Notes under the pieces: generated by a model | Databases searched by the model: none | What the model saw: the letters and a program-made list of their open reading frames with translations, nothing else | Told to the model about the DNA's origin: nothing | Assembly (NCBI GenBank): GCA_965279515.1 | Contig: CBDIID010000003.1 | Location: 2,464,001 to 2,528,000 of the forward strand | Direction: 5' to 3' | Origin: Turneriella sp. | Lineage (GTDB): Bacteria > Spirochaetota > Leptospiria > Turneriellales > Turneriellaceae | Length of the DNA stretch: 64,000 bases | Position numbers and translations under genes: made by a program | Shown: positions 29,602 to 39,711 of the stretch, in pieces | Numbering within the stretch: the first letter of the stretch is position 1 | How the letters are laid out: each line of letters begins with the position of its first letter

Positions 29602-29604
29602 AAC

Positions 29605-31260
29605 ATGCGTAAAATCAACGGAGCCCAGCTCCTCATTAAATTTCTGGAAAGCGTCGGCGTGCGTTATGTCGCGGGCGTGCCTGGTGGCGCTGCGCTGCCG
29701 CTCTACGATGCGCTCGAAGGCTCGCGTCTCACGCACATTCTCGCGCGCCATGAACAGGGCGCGGGCTTCATCGCCCAAGGCCTCGCGCGCGCTACGGGTT
29801 TTCCCGCTGTCACGTTTGCGACCTCGGGCCCCGGCGCGACGAACCTGGTCACGGCCGTCGCCGATGCCTATGCCGACAGCGTGCCGCTGCTCGCCGTCAC
29901 GGGCCAGGTGCCACGCGCGCTCATCGGCACCGACGCCTTTCAGGAAGTCGATGCCTGCGCGCTTTTCCAGAAGATCACGCGCAAATCTTTTTTCGTAAAT
30001 TCAGCTGCCGAGCTCTATGACATCTTGCCCGAGGCATGGCGCCTGATGACCACGGGGCGTCCGGGGCCGGTGCACATCGATATTCCGAAAGACATTCAAA
30101 AAGAAGAGGTGGATTTACTCCCGTTCGCAAAGCCCAAACCCCGATCTGCGGAGATTGGCCCCGAAAAAATCGCCGAAGCCGCCCGCCGCATTCAGCAGAG
30201 CGCACGCCCGGTTTTTTACACGGGCGGCGGCATTGTCCACGCCGATGCTTCTGCAGTACTCGGCGCCTTTGCGCGCCGGCATCAGGTACCGGTGGTTTCG
30301 AGTCTCATGGGTCTCGGCGCTTTCCCCACCAGCGACCCACTGTTTCTCGGCATGCTCGGCATGCATGCGGCGCCATTCACCAACAGGGTCATGCACGAGG
30401 CCGATTTACTGATCGCCGTCGGCGTACGCTTCGACGACCGCGCGACAGGTAAGCTCGAGAAATTTTGCCCCGACGCGGAAGTGATTCACATCGACATCGA
30501 CGCGCGCGAACTCGGAAAACTGCGCAGGCCCGAACTTGCTATCGAGTGTGATGCCCGCATCGCACTGACAAAAATTTTTGCCGCCATGGAAAATCCGCGG
30601 CCACGCGAGGCCTGGCATGCCCGTATCGGCGGCCTGAGAGCGAGTCACGCGTTGCGCTTTCCCGCCAACGCCGACTCGGGCATGCATTTTATGCGCGAGC
30701 TGGCGCGGCACCTGGGCGGCGACGACTTAGTCGCCACCGACGTCGGCCAACACCAGATGTGGGCGGCGCAGCTTCTGGAGTTTGAAAAACCGCGGCGCTG
30801 GTTCACCTCGGGCGGACTCGGCACGATGGGTTTCGGCCTGCCAACCGCTATCGGCGCCGCGCTGGCGACCGGTGGCCGGCAAAGAATTATCTGTGTTTCG
30901 GGCGACGGCTCGCTGCTGATGAACATCCAGGAAATGGCGACGCTTGTGGAATGGAATCTGCCTGTGAAGATCATTCTCATCGACAACGGCCACCTGGGTC
31001 TTGTGCGTCAGCAGCAGGAACTCTTCTTTCAGAACCGCTTCTCGGCGTGTGAATTTAAGCGGCCAACGGATTTTACGCGGGTCGCGGCCGCATTCGGCAT
31101 CGGCGCCTATGCATACGACGGGGGAAATCCCACTATGCTTGAAGAGTTTTTATCGGCTGATGGGCCCGCGCTCATGCACGTTCGTGTGGCGCGCGAAGAC
31201 AAGGTTTTTCCGATGGTGGCGCCGGGGGCAGGCAACCTCGACATGATTGTCGGGGCATAA
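29605..31260 (+). CDS. ilvB: Acetolactate synthase large subunit
   Basis: ARHEQGA, TSGPGATN, TDVGQHQMW, GDGS...N TPP motif. Confidence 0.95.
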   Translation: MRKINGAQLLIKFLESVGVRYVAGVPGGAALPLYDALEGSRLTHILARHEQGAGFIAQGLARATGFPAVTFATSGPGATNLVTAVADAYADSVPLLAVTGQVPRALIGTDAFQEVDACALFQKITRKSFFVNSAAELYDILPEAWRLMTTGRPGPVHIDIPKDIQKEEVDLLPFAKPKPRSAEIGPEKIAEAARRIQQSARPVFYTGGGIVHADASAVLGAFARRHQVPVVSSLMGLGAFPTSDPLFLGMLGMHAAPFTNRVMHEADLLIAVGVRFDDRATGKLEKFCPDAEVIHIDIDARELGKLRRPELAIECDARIALTKIFAAMENPRPREAWHARIGGLRASHALRFPANADSGMHFMRELARHLGGDDLVATDVGQHQMWAAQLLEFEKPRRWFTSGGLGTMGFGLPTAIGAALATGGRQRIICVSGDGSLLMNIQEMATLVEWNLPVKIILIDNGHLGLVRQQQELFFQNRFSACEFKRPTDFTRVAAAFGIGAYAYDGGNPTMLEEFLSADGPALMHVRVAREDKVFPMVAPGAGNLDMIVGA

Positions 31261-31299
31261 ACCGCTGGACTTTCCAGAGTTAGCGTGAAACGTGCTGCC

Positions 31300-32211
31300 A
31301 TGAAAAGAATCGCCACTCTCGCTGCCCTGACGCTCGCCCTTGCCTGCAAGGAGCCGCCGAAAAAGCCGGCGGCGACGCATGCCGCCGCGGTGGTGTTTGT
31401 TGTCGGTAACGATGCAAAAATTGTCACGGCAAAGGGTCAGGTCGCTGCCGTAAAAGGCGCGATCTTACAGCAGGGCGATAGTATTCAGACGGGCCCGAAA
31501 TCGCAGGTGGATTTACTCCTGCCTGGCAAGATTCTGATCCGTATTGACCAGCACACGACGGTGGCGATGCGCGAATTCGCCGCAGCGGATGGCAGCCAGA
31601 GCGACAAACTCTATCTGCAGCGCGGCTTAATTTTCGCGAAGGTCACGAAACTCGGGGCGCATTCGTCTTTTGCTATCCAGACACCGACCATCGTCGCGGG
31701 TGTACGCGGCACGGAATTCATGACGACGAGCGACGAGAAGGGCGCGGGCAAGGTTGCCGTCACCGAAGGCACAGTCGCCGTTAAGTCAGATAAGGGTGAA
31801 GAGAAGGCCATCGACGCCGGCGAACAAGCCAATGTCAGCGATTCGGGCGGCGTGGCCGAGACCAAACTCGACGATGCGACCGCAGCGCAGATGAAACAAC
31901 TCTCGACTGTGGCCAATATCAGCGCGCAGCAGGTACAGATTTTTGAAGATGCACTGAAGCAGCAGAAAGAGGCGCTTGAAAAAGCCGGTGGCACCGACAA
32001 GATCAAGGGCATCATTGAAGAGAACGACAAAAAAATGCAGGAAAAACGCGACGAAAGCACTAAAAAAGTTGAAGAGCAGAAGGGCGCGACTGAGAACAAG
32101 ATTCAGGAAATGAATAAAGGCACCACCGAAAAGATCGATCAGATGAAGAACAACATTGAAGAGCAAAAGAAAAAGCGCGAAGAGTTGTTCAAGAAATTCC
32201 CTCAGAAATAG
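31300..32211 (+). CDS. FecR-domain lipoprotein (LipL45-like) with C-terminal coiled coil
   Basis: Lipobox ALAC; TPTIVAGVRGTEF FecR motif. Confidence 0.8.
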   Translation: MKRIATLAALTLALACKEPPKKPAATHAAAVVFVVGNDAKIVTAKGQVAAVKGAILQQGDSIQTGPKSQVDLLLPGKILIRIDQHTTVAMREFAAADGSQSDKLYLQRGLIFAKVTKLGAHSSFAIQTPTIVAGVRGTEFMTTSDEKGAGKVAVTEGTVAVKSDKGEEKAIDAGEQANVSDSGGVAETKLDDATAAQMKQLSTVANISAQQVQIFEDALKQQKEALEKAGGTDKIKGIIEENDKKMQEKRDESTKKVEEQKGATENKIQEMNKGTTEKIDQMKNNIEEQKKKREELFKKFPQK

Positions 32212-32222
32212 CGAGCAAAGCA

Positions 32223-32274
32223 GAGCTGTCTAAAAAGGCGCAAGAAAACCGCATACGCGCCTTTTAGACAGCTC
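32223..32274. repeat. Long inverted repeat between convergent genes (terminator or MITE-like relic)
   Basis: gagctgtctaaaaaggcgc ... gcgccttttagacagctc. Confidence 0.7.
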
Positions 32275-33349
32275 CTGGCTGAAAATCTTCGGGATAATAA
32301 ATCGTCACTTCTTCAGATTTACCGCGTACGGTACTTGTCTGTAATCTTTTGACTTTGAGGCGTTCGCCGCCGATCTCGCGGGTCTTTTCATCGATCAGAA
32401 TATCAACCTTCGCGTTTTTGGTCATCGCCTCAAGCCGCGCAGACAGGTTCACCGGATCGCCGAGAATGGTGTATTCCAGTTTGTGGACATTACCGATGTT
32501 ACCGGCAAAAACTTCACCCGTTGTGATTCCGATACCAAACCCAATCGGGTCCTTCACAGTCGCAGGACGTACTTCGTTATACATGGCAATATGCGAACGG
32601 ATTCTCATCGCGCAGCTGAGCGCATCGAGCGTCGATTCGGAGGTATAGTTTCTGAGGCCGAATGTCACCAAAAAACCGTCGCCGGTGAACTTGTTGATCG
32701 CCCCGTTACAGCTATAGATGAGATCTGAAATATCGGCGAAAAAACCGCTCAAAAACTGGAAGAAATTCGTCGGCCCCATCTGCTCGGCCATCGCTGTCGA
32801 ATTGCGCAGGTCGAACATGAGAAAGGTTGCGGTCATGGTCTCGCCGCCAGGGTCGGCGGCGATACTGCCGTCAAGAATCGCATGGATCAAATCTTTCGAG
32901 AAATAACGGCTCAGCTTTCTGAGATCGCCTTCGAGCTGCAACTGCAGCGCCTCATTCGATTTGCGGTAATTTCTGAGCTGCACCACCGCAGAAATGCGCA
33001 GCAGGTATTCTTCATGGTGAAAGGGTTTGCGGATAAAATCGACGGCGCCCTGCCTCAGAGATTCAAACGTCACTTCGGGGTTGTCATGTCCCGAAAGTAC
33101 GATGGTGTCTGGCCGCAGTTCAGGATCCCAGGTATTGATTTTTTTGAGTATGGTAATGCCGTCGGTATCGGGCAGCATGATGTCGAGCACGAGGACATCC
33201 GGCTGCCATTCTTCGACGAGCTTTAGACCCTCTGCACCTGTCTCGGCGTGTTTGGCATCATAGCCGCTTTTTTCGAGCAACATGGTTTGCACCATCGCTA
33301 TCGTGGTACTGTCTTCAATGACGAGAATTTTGACCTTGCTTTGTTCCAT
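32264..33349 (-). CDS. Response regulator receiver + class III adenylate/guanylate cyclase
   Basis: ILVIED, VLDIMLPD, KPF; FDLRNST, KFTGDG, EYTILGDPVNLSARLE; start at MEQSKVK. Confidence 0.93.
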   Translation of the reverse strand: MEQSKVKILVIEDSTTIAMVQTMLLEKSGYDAKHAETGAEGLKLVEEWQPDVLVLDIMLPDTDGITILKKINTWDPELRPDTIVLSGHDNPEVTFESLRQGAVDFIRKPFHHEEYLLRISAVVQLRNYRKSNEALQLQLEGDLRKLSRYFSKDLIHAILDGSIAADPGGETMTATFLMFDLRNSTAMAEQMGPTNFFQFLSGFFADISDLIYSCNGAINKFTGDGFLVTFGLRNYTSESTLDALSCAMRIRSHIAMYNEVRPATVKDPIGFGIGITTGEVFAGNIGNVHKLEYTILGDPVNLSARLEAMTKNAKVDILIDEKTREIGGERLKVKRLQTSTVRGKSEEVTIYYPEDFQPGAV

Positions 33350-33446
33350 ATCACTTACCTTCGAGCAACCTTGAAGCCAGTCGACAGTTGTGGACGAGGC
33401 CCGTTTTTTTCCTTGATACTGTAAAGTCCATTTCGGCGAATGAAGC

Positions 33447-33944
33447 ATGAAGCCGCACCAGCACTGCCACTTCTGCGGCACCGCATACCCGGCGGTAGCG
33501 TTTCCGAAAACCTGTCCCGAGTGTAAGCAGACCATCTGGTCGAACCCGCTGCCGGTGGCCGTGGTGCTTGTGAAAATGGACGGGGGCGTGCTGATCATCC
33601 AAAGGGGGATTGAACCCGCGAAGGGCCATTGGGCATTGCCAGGAGGCTTTCTTGAGACCGGTGAAAGCTGGCAAGAGGGTGCCGCGCGCGAGGTCCGTGA
33701 AGAGACGGGTTTGGTTTTGCCATGTGCAGAGATTCAACTGATCGATGCCCTGAGCGTGGCACAGAACCGGCAGATCATTTTGTTCTGCATGACCAAGGGG
33801 CACTATTCACGAAACGACTTCAAGTTCGAGCCGTGTGAAGAGACACTCGACCTGAGAGTGATGATACAACCGGAAGAGCTGGCGTTCTCGGCGCACACGG
33901 AGTACGCGCGGCGACTGCTCGCGGGAAAGATTGCGGGGCTGTAG
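33447..33944 (+). CDS. NUDIX hydrolase with N-terminal zinc ribbon
   Basis: CHFCG...[27 protein letters not shown]. Confidence 0.93.
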   Translation: MKPHQHCHFCGTAYPAVAFPKTCPECKQTIWSNPLPVAVVLVKMDGGVLIIQRGIEPAKGHWALPGGFLETGESWQEGAAREVREETGLVLPCAEIQLIDALSVAQNRQIILFCMTKGHYSRNDFKFEPCEETLDLRVMIQPEELAFSAHTEYARRLLAGKIAGL

Positions 33945-33955
33945 GCACGTAATTC

Positions 33956-34300
33956 CTAGGATATCAGAGATTCCGCCGGTATATTCAACTTCTTATTCAG
34001 GTTCCTTATCATTTCGACCGTCAAAGCGCGCTTCCGGGATAAAATTTCCGAAACCCGGTTATTCCCCCCAAGCAGCGGCGAAATGTCGGTCTTTTTTAAA
34101 CCCATCTGCTCCATTCTGAACTTTATTGCTTCAATTGGATCAGGAGGCAAGATATTATAATGGGTTTCTTCATACAGATCAACTAGTGTGGAAATTACAT
34201 CCAGTTCATCTCGTAATTTCTTGTCCTTAGTATCCCAAATTTCCTCAATACGCTTTAGCGTCCGCTTATAATCTTTCTCATTTCTAATCGGGGTTATCAT
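33956..34300 (-). CDS. higA: HigA-type antitoxin (HTH)
   Basis: PDPIEAIKFRMEQ, RVSEILSRKRALT..MIR. Confidence 0.9.
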   Translation of the reverse strand: MITPIRNEKDYKRTLKRIEEIWDTKDKKLRDELDVISTLVDLYEETHYNILPPDPIEAIKFRMEQMGLKKTDISPLLGGNNRVSEILSRKRALTVEMIRNLNKKLNIPAESLIS

Positions 34301-34599
34301 TAGACCTCCTCAGGGATTATTTTATCGTATTCCATATGCGTGCCGATGAAACGAATGAATACTATTCCGATTTGATAATTTATGGCGACGATCAGCCGGT
34401 ACTTATTGCCACATATGTTGAATACGACCCTCTTATTATTGATTATGCTTGCTGTTCGGTACTTCACCTTAATTTCAGCAGAGTTCTTCCATTTGGCAGC
34501 TTTGACCTCATAGAGCCAGGCTCTTAAGGCTTGCTCTGAATCACGTCTACCGGCCTTCTGCCAAAAGTCGCGCAAAGCCTTTCTGGAAATCACCCGCAA
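34300..34599 (-). CDS. higB: HigB-type mRNA interferase toxin
   Basis: MRVISRKALRDFW, RVVFNICGNKYRLIV, FIGTH.EYD. Confidence 0.92.
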   Translation of the reverse strand: MRVISRKALRDFWQKAGRRDSEQALRAWLYEVKAAKWKNSAEIKVKYRTASIINNKRVVFNICGNKYRLIVAINYQIGIVFIRFIGTHMEYDKIIPEEV

Positions 34600-34604
34600 G
34601 GGCT

Positions 34605-34656
34605 TAAATACGCCAGAAATGTCCGTTCGTCAATCTATTTTTCCCAAAATGGGAAA
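34605..34656 (-). promoter_or_regulatory. higBA promoter with palindromic operator
   Basis: Palindrome tttccca-aaa-tgggaaa (34640-34656); minus-strand TTGACG-n17-TATTTA just before the TTG start. Confidence 0.55.
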
Positions 34657-34681
34657 TATCTTCAAGGCATACATCCAACGA

Positions 34682-35002
34682 CTAATAACCAAACTCGCGC
34701 AGAATTTCGGGCGCCGTCACCTGCGCCCCGGCGTTGTACGCGCGCACACCACCCGCCGTGAAGTGCATCAGCGTAATTTTATCTTCGGGACAAAGATCGA
34801 AACAGGATGCATCCACCGCGCGCACCTTTTTCTTCAGATCGCGCTCCGCAATCAGCTCTTTGAGCGCAACGCGCAGCTTTGTCTTCTCGCCATCCATGGC
34901 ATTGAGCTTACCCGCACACTTCTGGCAGACTGCAATGCAACTTTGCCAGGGAGGCTCTGCTGCAACAATGTGCGTCAATGAATCTGTAGTGCGGTGTTCC
35001 AT
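34682..35002 (-). CDS. Thioredoxin-like (2Fe-2S) ferredoxin domain protein
   Basis: VCQKC ... SCFDLCP. Confidence 0.65.
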   Translation of the reverse strand: MEHRTTDSLTHIVAAEPPWQSCIAVCQKCAGKLNAMDGEKTKLRVALKELIAERDLKKKVRAVDASCFDLCPEDKITLMHFTAGGVRAYNAGAQVTAPEILREFGY

Positions 35003-35137
35003 GATTTACGAAGGCGTGCCTAACCTCAATTAAAGAGCCTAATACATAATACTCGCCCGAAGGAAAATAAACCACATTTTTATGGGTGAAATCTGCTTTT
35101 TATTGACGGTCATGTCTGCCGAAATTAATATATCCTT

Positions 35138-37723
35138 ATGTTCGATTTCACAAACCGCGTTAAGAAGATTATCAACGAGTATGCGCCCCGCGAGGCAAAA
35201 CGGCTCGGCCACGAGTTCCTGGGTCCGGAGCACATACTCCTTGGCCTTCTCAAAGCGCAGGATTCCGTCGCCGTCAAGATGCTCATGAACCTCGGTATCG
35301 ATTTGGGTGAGCTGCGCAAAGAAATCGAAAAACGCTCTGAGCAAGACAGCGCCACGCTGGTCATCGACCCCACCAGCAAAGATAAGGTGCAGCGTATTCT
35401 CGAACTTTCACGCGACGAGGCGCGCAAGATGCGCCACAGCTATATCGGCTCAGAGCACGTACTGCTCTCGCTGCTGCGCGACACGAACGGTATCGTCGCC
35501 GCGGCCCTGCAAACCTTCCAGATCAACTACCAGGTTATCCGCAATGAACTCAATGCGACGTTGGGATTACCACAGGCGACCACCACGCAGAAGACCGCAG
35601 CAGCGCAACCGAAGAAAGAGGCGTCGAAAACACCGATGCTCGACGAGTTTGCGCGCAACCTGTCACGCATGGCCGAAGAAAAACTAACCGATCCGGTGAT
35701 CGGCCGCGACCATGAAATCGAACGTGTTATCCAGATTCTCTCGCGCAAGACTAAGAATAACCCGATTCTCATCGGCGAAGCCGGTGTGGGCAAAACCGCC
35801 ATCGCCGAAGGTCTCGCGCAGCGTATCACCCAGAAGCGCGTACCCGAGCCGATGTTCAACCGTCAGGTCTATTCGCTCGATGTCGCCGCGCTCATCGCCG
35901 GCACAAAATACCGCGGCGAGTTTGAAGACCGCATCAAGAAGATCATGAAAGAGATCCGCACAAACCGCGAAGTCATTCTCTTCATCGACGAAGTCCATAC
36001 CATCATCGGCGCGGGTGCGGCCGAAGGCGCAGTCGACGCCGCGAACATTCTGAAACCGGCCCTCGCGCGGGGGGAGATCCAGTGTATCGGCGCGACGACG
36101 CTGCGCGAATACAAACGTTATATCGAACGCGATTCGGCGCTCGAGCGCCGCTTCCAGTCGGTCATGGTCGAAGAGCCGTCTGTGGAAGATGCGATCCGCA
36201 TTCTGGCGGGCCTGCGCCATGCCTATGAGAAACACCACGCGGTGTCTTTCAGCAAAGAGGCGATCATATCGGCCGTGAAACTCTCAGACCGCTATATCAA
36301 AGACCGGTTCCTGCCCGATAAGGCGATCGATATTATTGATGAAGCCGGCTCGCATGCCCGGCTGAAATCCGCCGTGATTCCAGAAGAGATCAAAGAGATC
36401 GAAAAAGAAATGCAGCAGCTGACGCGCGACAAAAACGAAATGGTGCGCCAGCAGGAATATGAAAAGGCCGCAAAACTGCGCGACCAGATCGGTGAGGCAA
36501 ACACGCGCCTCGCCGACGCGATGACTTCATGGCGCCGCAGCCAGAAAGAGGCGCGCGTTGAAATTACTGCAGAAGATATCAGCAAAGTCATCGCCGACTG
36601 GACAGGTATTCCGCTGCAACAGCTGAAAGACAGTGAGAATGAACGCCTCATCAAAATGCCCGAAGAGCTGGCTGACCGCGTCGTCGGGCAAAAGGCCGCG
36701 ATCGACCAGATCTCGCGTGCCGTACGGCGGGCGCGCATGGGTCTTAAATCCATTAAAAAGCCGATCGGCAGCTTTATCTTCTTAGGGCCGACAGGCGTGG
36801 GTAAAACCGAACTCGCGAAGGCGCTTGCGGAATTCATGTTCGGCGACGAAGAAGCGCTGATCCGTTTCGATATGAGCGAGTACATGGAAATGCACTCGGT
36901 CTCGAAATTCATCGGTTCGCCCCCGGGTTATGTTGGCCACGAAGACGGCGGCCAGCTGACCGAGGCGATCCGCCGCCACCCGCATTCGGTGCTGTTGTTC
37001 GATGAGATCGAAAAGGCACACCCCGAGATTCAGAATATATTATTGCAGGTGCTCGACGAAGGTGAACTCACCGACAACGCGGGTCACCACGTCGATTTTA
37101 AGGAAACGATCATTATCCTGACGTCGAATATCGGCGCGCGGTTTCTGCAAAAGGGCGGTAAGCTCGGTTTTAGCGAAGGCGACAGCAGGCAGGATGGCAA
37201 ACGCGAGCAGGTCCTGGAAGAGCTGCGCAAACATTTCTCCCCCGAGTTTTTGAACCGCATCGATGATGTGATCATTTTCGATCCGTTGACGCGCGAAGAA
37301 ATTCAGGAGATCGTCGACCTGACGATCGACGAAATCAACTACAATGCGCTGGCGAAAAACATGTACCTGACTCTGAAGGGCAATGCCCGCAGCTACCTGG
37401 CCGACAAGGGGTTCAGTGAGAAATACGGCGCACGGCCACTCAAACGTCTCGTGCAGCGTGAAATCGAAGACGAACTCGCGATGATGCTGCTCGAAAAAAA
37501 GATCACGCAACCCGTAGAGATCAAGATCTCCACGACGAAAAAAGACGGCGCAGAAAAACTCTCTTTCGCCTTTGAAAACCTCAGTGCTGAGAAGTTCCTC
37601 GAAATCAGGGGTGAATACTTCGAAGACGAAGCCTCCATCGACGAAATCTGGGAAAATTCACTGCTGGAAACAGAAGAGGGTGAAGCCGAAGACGAAGCGG
37701 AGAGCGAGGTCACGCAGAAATAA
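35138..37723 (+). CDS. clpC: ATP-dependent Clp protease ATP-binding subunit ClpC
   Basis: Two Clp-N repeats, Walker A GEAGVGKT and [11 protein letters not shown] middle domain, LGF loop. Confidence 0.96.
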   Translation: MFDFTNRVKKIINEYAPREAKRLGHEFLGPEHILLGLLKAQDSVAVKMLMNLGIDLGELRKEIEKRSEQDSATLVIDPTSKDKVQRILELSRDEARKMRHSYIGSEHVLLSLLRDTNGIVAAALQTFQINYQVIRNELNATLGLPQATTTQKTAAAQPKKEASKTPMLDEFARNLSRMAEEKLTDPVIGRDHEIERVIQILSRKTKNNPILIGEAGVGKTAIAEGLAQRITQKRVPEPMFNRQVYSLDVAALIAGTKYRGEFEDRIKKIMKEIRTNREVILFIDEVHTIIGAGAAEGAVDAANILKPALARGEIQCIGATTLREYKRYIERDSALERRFQSVMVEEPSVEDAIRILAGLRHAYEKHHAVSFSKEAIISAVKLSDRYIKDRFLPDKAIDIIDEAGSHARLKSAVIPEEIKEIEKEMQQLTRDKNEMVRQQEYEKAAKLRDQIGEANTRLADAMTSWRRSQKEARVEITAEDISKVIADWTGIPLQQLKDSENERLIKMPEELADRVVGQKAAIDQISRAVRRARMGLKSIKKPIGSFIFLGPTGVGKTELAKALAEFMFGDEEALIRFDMSEYMEMHSVSKFIGSPPGYVGHEDGGQLTEAIRRHPHSVLLFDEIEKAHPEIQNILLQVLDEGELTDNAGHHVDFKETIIILTSNIGARFLQKGGKLGFSEGDSRQDGKREQVLEELRKHFSPEFLNRIDDVIIFDPLTREEIQEIVDLTIDEINYNALAKNMYLTLKGNARSYLADKGFSEKYGARPLKRLVQREIEDELAMMLLEKKITQPVEIKISTTKKDGAEKLSFAFENLSAEKFLEIRGEYFEDEASIDEIWENSLLETEEGEAEDEAESEVTQK

Positions 37724-37740
37724 GCGGCGCCGGCAAGCCG

Positions 37741-38691
37741 CTGGAAAGCGCCACACCGGCGCCTTTCCATAAGAGTATCCTCGTTGGGGCCGTGCTGCAC
37801 GCGGCGCAAAAGCTTCCCTACCTGCCGGCGGAGCATCGCAAAATCTGGGATGGCACCACCGGGCTTGGGGGACACCTCGAGGCATTTGCCTCAGCGTATA
37901 CCGATGCGACACTGCTTGCCTCCGATGCCGACGCCGAAATTTTAGACCTCGCGCGAAGCCGGCTCGGCGAGAAAGTCAGGGAATACCGCCACGAGAATTT
38001 TTCCAGTGCGCCTTTTGCCGACCAGGCGCCTCTGGGCTTCATCTTTCTCGATCTCGGTATCTCATCGGCGCATTTTGACTATTTTTCCCGCGGCTTCAGT
38101 TTCCGTTTCGATCAGCCACTCGATATGCGGATGGACATCAGCCGCGGCTCATCTGTGGCCGATGTACTGGCTTTTACCGAAGAGCATGAACTGGCGCGCA
38201 TTTTCTTCGAATACGGCGAAGAAAAACTCTCGCGCCGCATCGCACGCGAGATTGTCTCACGCCGCAAAACCGAGCCGGTCCGGACGACATTTCAACTCGC
38301 TGAAATCTGTGAAAAGATCTATCCGCCTAAATATAAGGCGAAGGGCCACGCGCAAAGGCATCCGGCTACCCGGGTCTTTCAGGCATTACGCATCTATGTC
38401 AATGGCGAGCTGAATGCCCTCGAAACCGCGCTGAAGATTCTGCCCCACCAGCTCTGTATTGGTGGCAGGCTGGCGATCATCACGTTTCATTCTCTCGAAG
38501 ACCGTATGGTTAAACGCGGCTTCCGCGACCTTTCACAGATTGCACAAAACGACCCGCATGCCAAGAGTAATTTCATACCGGGCGATTTTGAACAGATCCA
38601 CCCGGGTGGCGTCATACCAGAAGAGGCAGAAATCGACGCGAACCCGCGGGCGCGCTCGGCGCGGCTGAGAATTCTCGAGAGAATCAGGTAG
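37741..38691 (+). CDS. rsmH: 16S rRNA m4C1402 methyltransferase RsmH (probable CTG start)
   Basis: DGTTGLGGH, DLGISS, PLDMRMD, FQALRIYVN, FHSLEDR, NPRARSARLR; in-frame FHKSIL lies upstream of GTG 37792. Confidence 0.92.
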   Translation: MESATPAPFHKSILVGAVLHAAQKLPYLPAEHRKIWDGTTGLGGHLEAFASAYTDATLLASDADAEILDLARSRLGEKVREYRHENFSSAPFADQAPLGFIFLDLGISSAHFDYFSRGFSFRFDQPLDMRMDISRGSSVADVLAFTEEHELARIFFEYGEEKLSRRIAREIVSRRKTEPVRTTFQLAEICEKIYPPKYKAKGHAQRHPATRVFQALRIYVNGELNALETALKILPHQLCIGGRLAIITFHSLEDRMVKRGFRDLSQIAQNDPHAKSNFIPGDFEQIHPGGVIPEEAEIDANPRARSARLRILERIR

Positions 38692-39604
38692 TGGGCACGG
38701 GCTCGGCGATTGCTGCCAGCTCTTTGTAGAGAGTGACCGAGTTGCCTTTTTCGTTATAGGTGACCTGCGTCATATTGACGCGTGAGATAAAAATACCGCG
38801 GCCATTGAGGCGCTCGAGATTTTCCGAGGCATGGGGGTTAGGCACTTTACTGACATCAAAACCCTTGCCCTCGTCGGTGATCGTAAAGGCGATCGATCTG
38901 GCGTCATAGGTGTAAGATACATGGACCTTGCGGTTGCGGAACGGTTCTTCGTTCGCACGCTCTTGCAGGTAGCGCTGGTAGTCGAGCACCTCTTCGAGCA
39001 GGTTCTTTTTCATCTCGTAATTGATCTCAAGATTGCCGTGCTCCATGGCGTTGACGAGCATTTCATAGAGCGATAACCTGATCGTGAGCGTGGTTTTTTT
39101 ATCGATGCCGGTGAAACGCGAGATGATGTGCATGATTTCAGACATAAAGGTCGAAACAATGGCAAAATCCGTCGGTAACTGAAACGTGCGCGACTCTTCG
39201 ATGATGCTCGAATAGATGTCATAGTCGGCTTCGCGGTTGGCCGTGAGGGAAAAGAACTTCTCGACGATACGCGCGATGTCGTCGATCTCAAACGGTTTTT
39301 TGAGAAAGTCCAGGGCACCGTGCCTGAGCGCGGTAACAGCGTTTTCGACCGTGGCCTTATCGGTAATGACAATAAACTGCGTATTGGTTTTGCTTTTTTT
39401 GGTTTTTTCAATGTAAGCAATGGCGTCTTCGCCGGGTAAAACGAGCTCGATAAAGATCAGGTGAGGATCTTCACCTTTGAGAACAGCCTTACCCTCGGCA
39501 ATGCTATTGGCGACGAAAATACGGAAGCGATTCTGGAGAATTTCTCCGAGAATTTCCTGAAGGGCGACGTCGGGGTCGATGATGAGAACCGGGGGTTTTA
39601 GCAT
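38684..39604 (-). CDS. Receiver domain + RsbW-like HATPase (anti-sigma/kinase) protein
   Basis: Atypical REC (IFIE, KPF); EMLVNAMEHGN, DEGKGF, GRGI. Confidence 0.85.
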   Translation of the reverse strand: MLKPPVLIIDPDVALQEILGEILQNRFRIFVANSIAEGKAVLKGEDPHLIFIELVLPGEDAIAYIEKTKKSKTNTQFIVITDKATVENAVTALRHGALDFLKKPFEIDDIARIVEKFFSLTANREADYDIYSSIIEESRTFQLPTDFAIVSTFMSEIMHIISRFTGIDKKTTLTIRLSLYEMLVNAMEHGNLEINYEMKKNLLEEVLDYQRYLQERANEEPFRNRKVHVSYTYDARSIAFTITDEGKGFDVSKVPNPHASENLERLNGRGIFISRVNMTQVTYNEKGNSVTLYKELAAIAEPVPTT

Positions 39605-39662
39605 GAAGCTGTCAGCGGATATTCTAAAAAAGATTGCGTGTCAAGATAAAGTGCGATAAAAC

Positions 39663-39694
39663 CTCTCATGCCCGGGACAAGCCCGGACAGAGAG
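39663..39694. terminator. Hairpin downstream of lipoprotein gene
   Basis: ctctc-atgc-ccggg-acaag-cccgg-aca-gagag, T-run on the right. Confidence 0.5.
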
Positions 39695-39711
39695 TCTTTT
39701 TAGCTAATTTG

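Noticed and set aside
33350..33598. N-terminal extension of the REC-cyclase given by the ORF track
   Set aside because: Overlaps the divergent NUDIX gene; receiver domain begins at MEQSKVK (33349)
35307..37875. Many antisense and out-of-frame ORFs over clpC (also over mgtA, lpdA, ilvB and the kinase)
   Set aside because: Shadow ORFs expected from GC-rich codon usage
39663..39694. tgcccgggacaagcccgg resembling alphaproteobacterial REP/RIME motifs
   Set aside because: Single copy in the window; simpler explanation is a terminator hairpin
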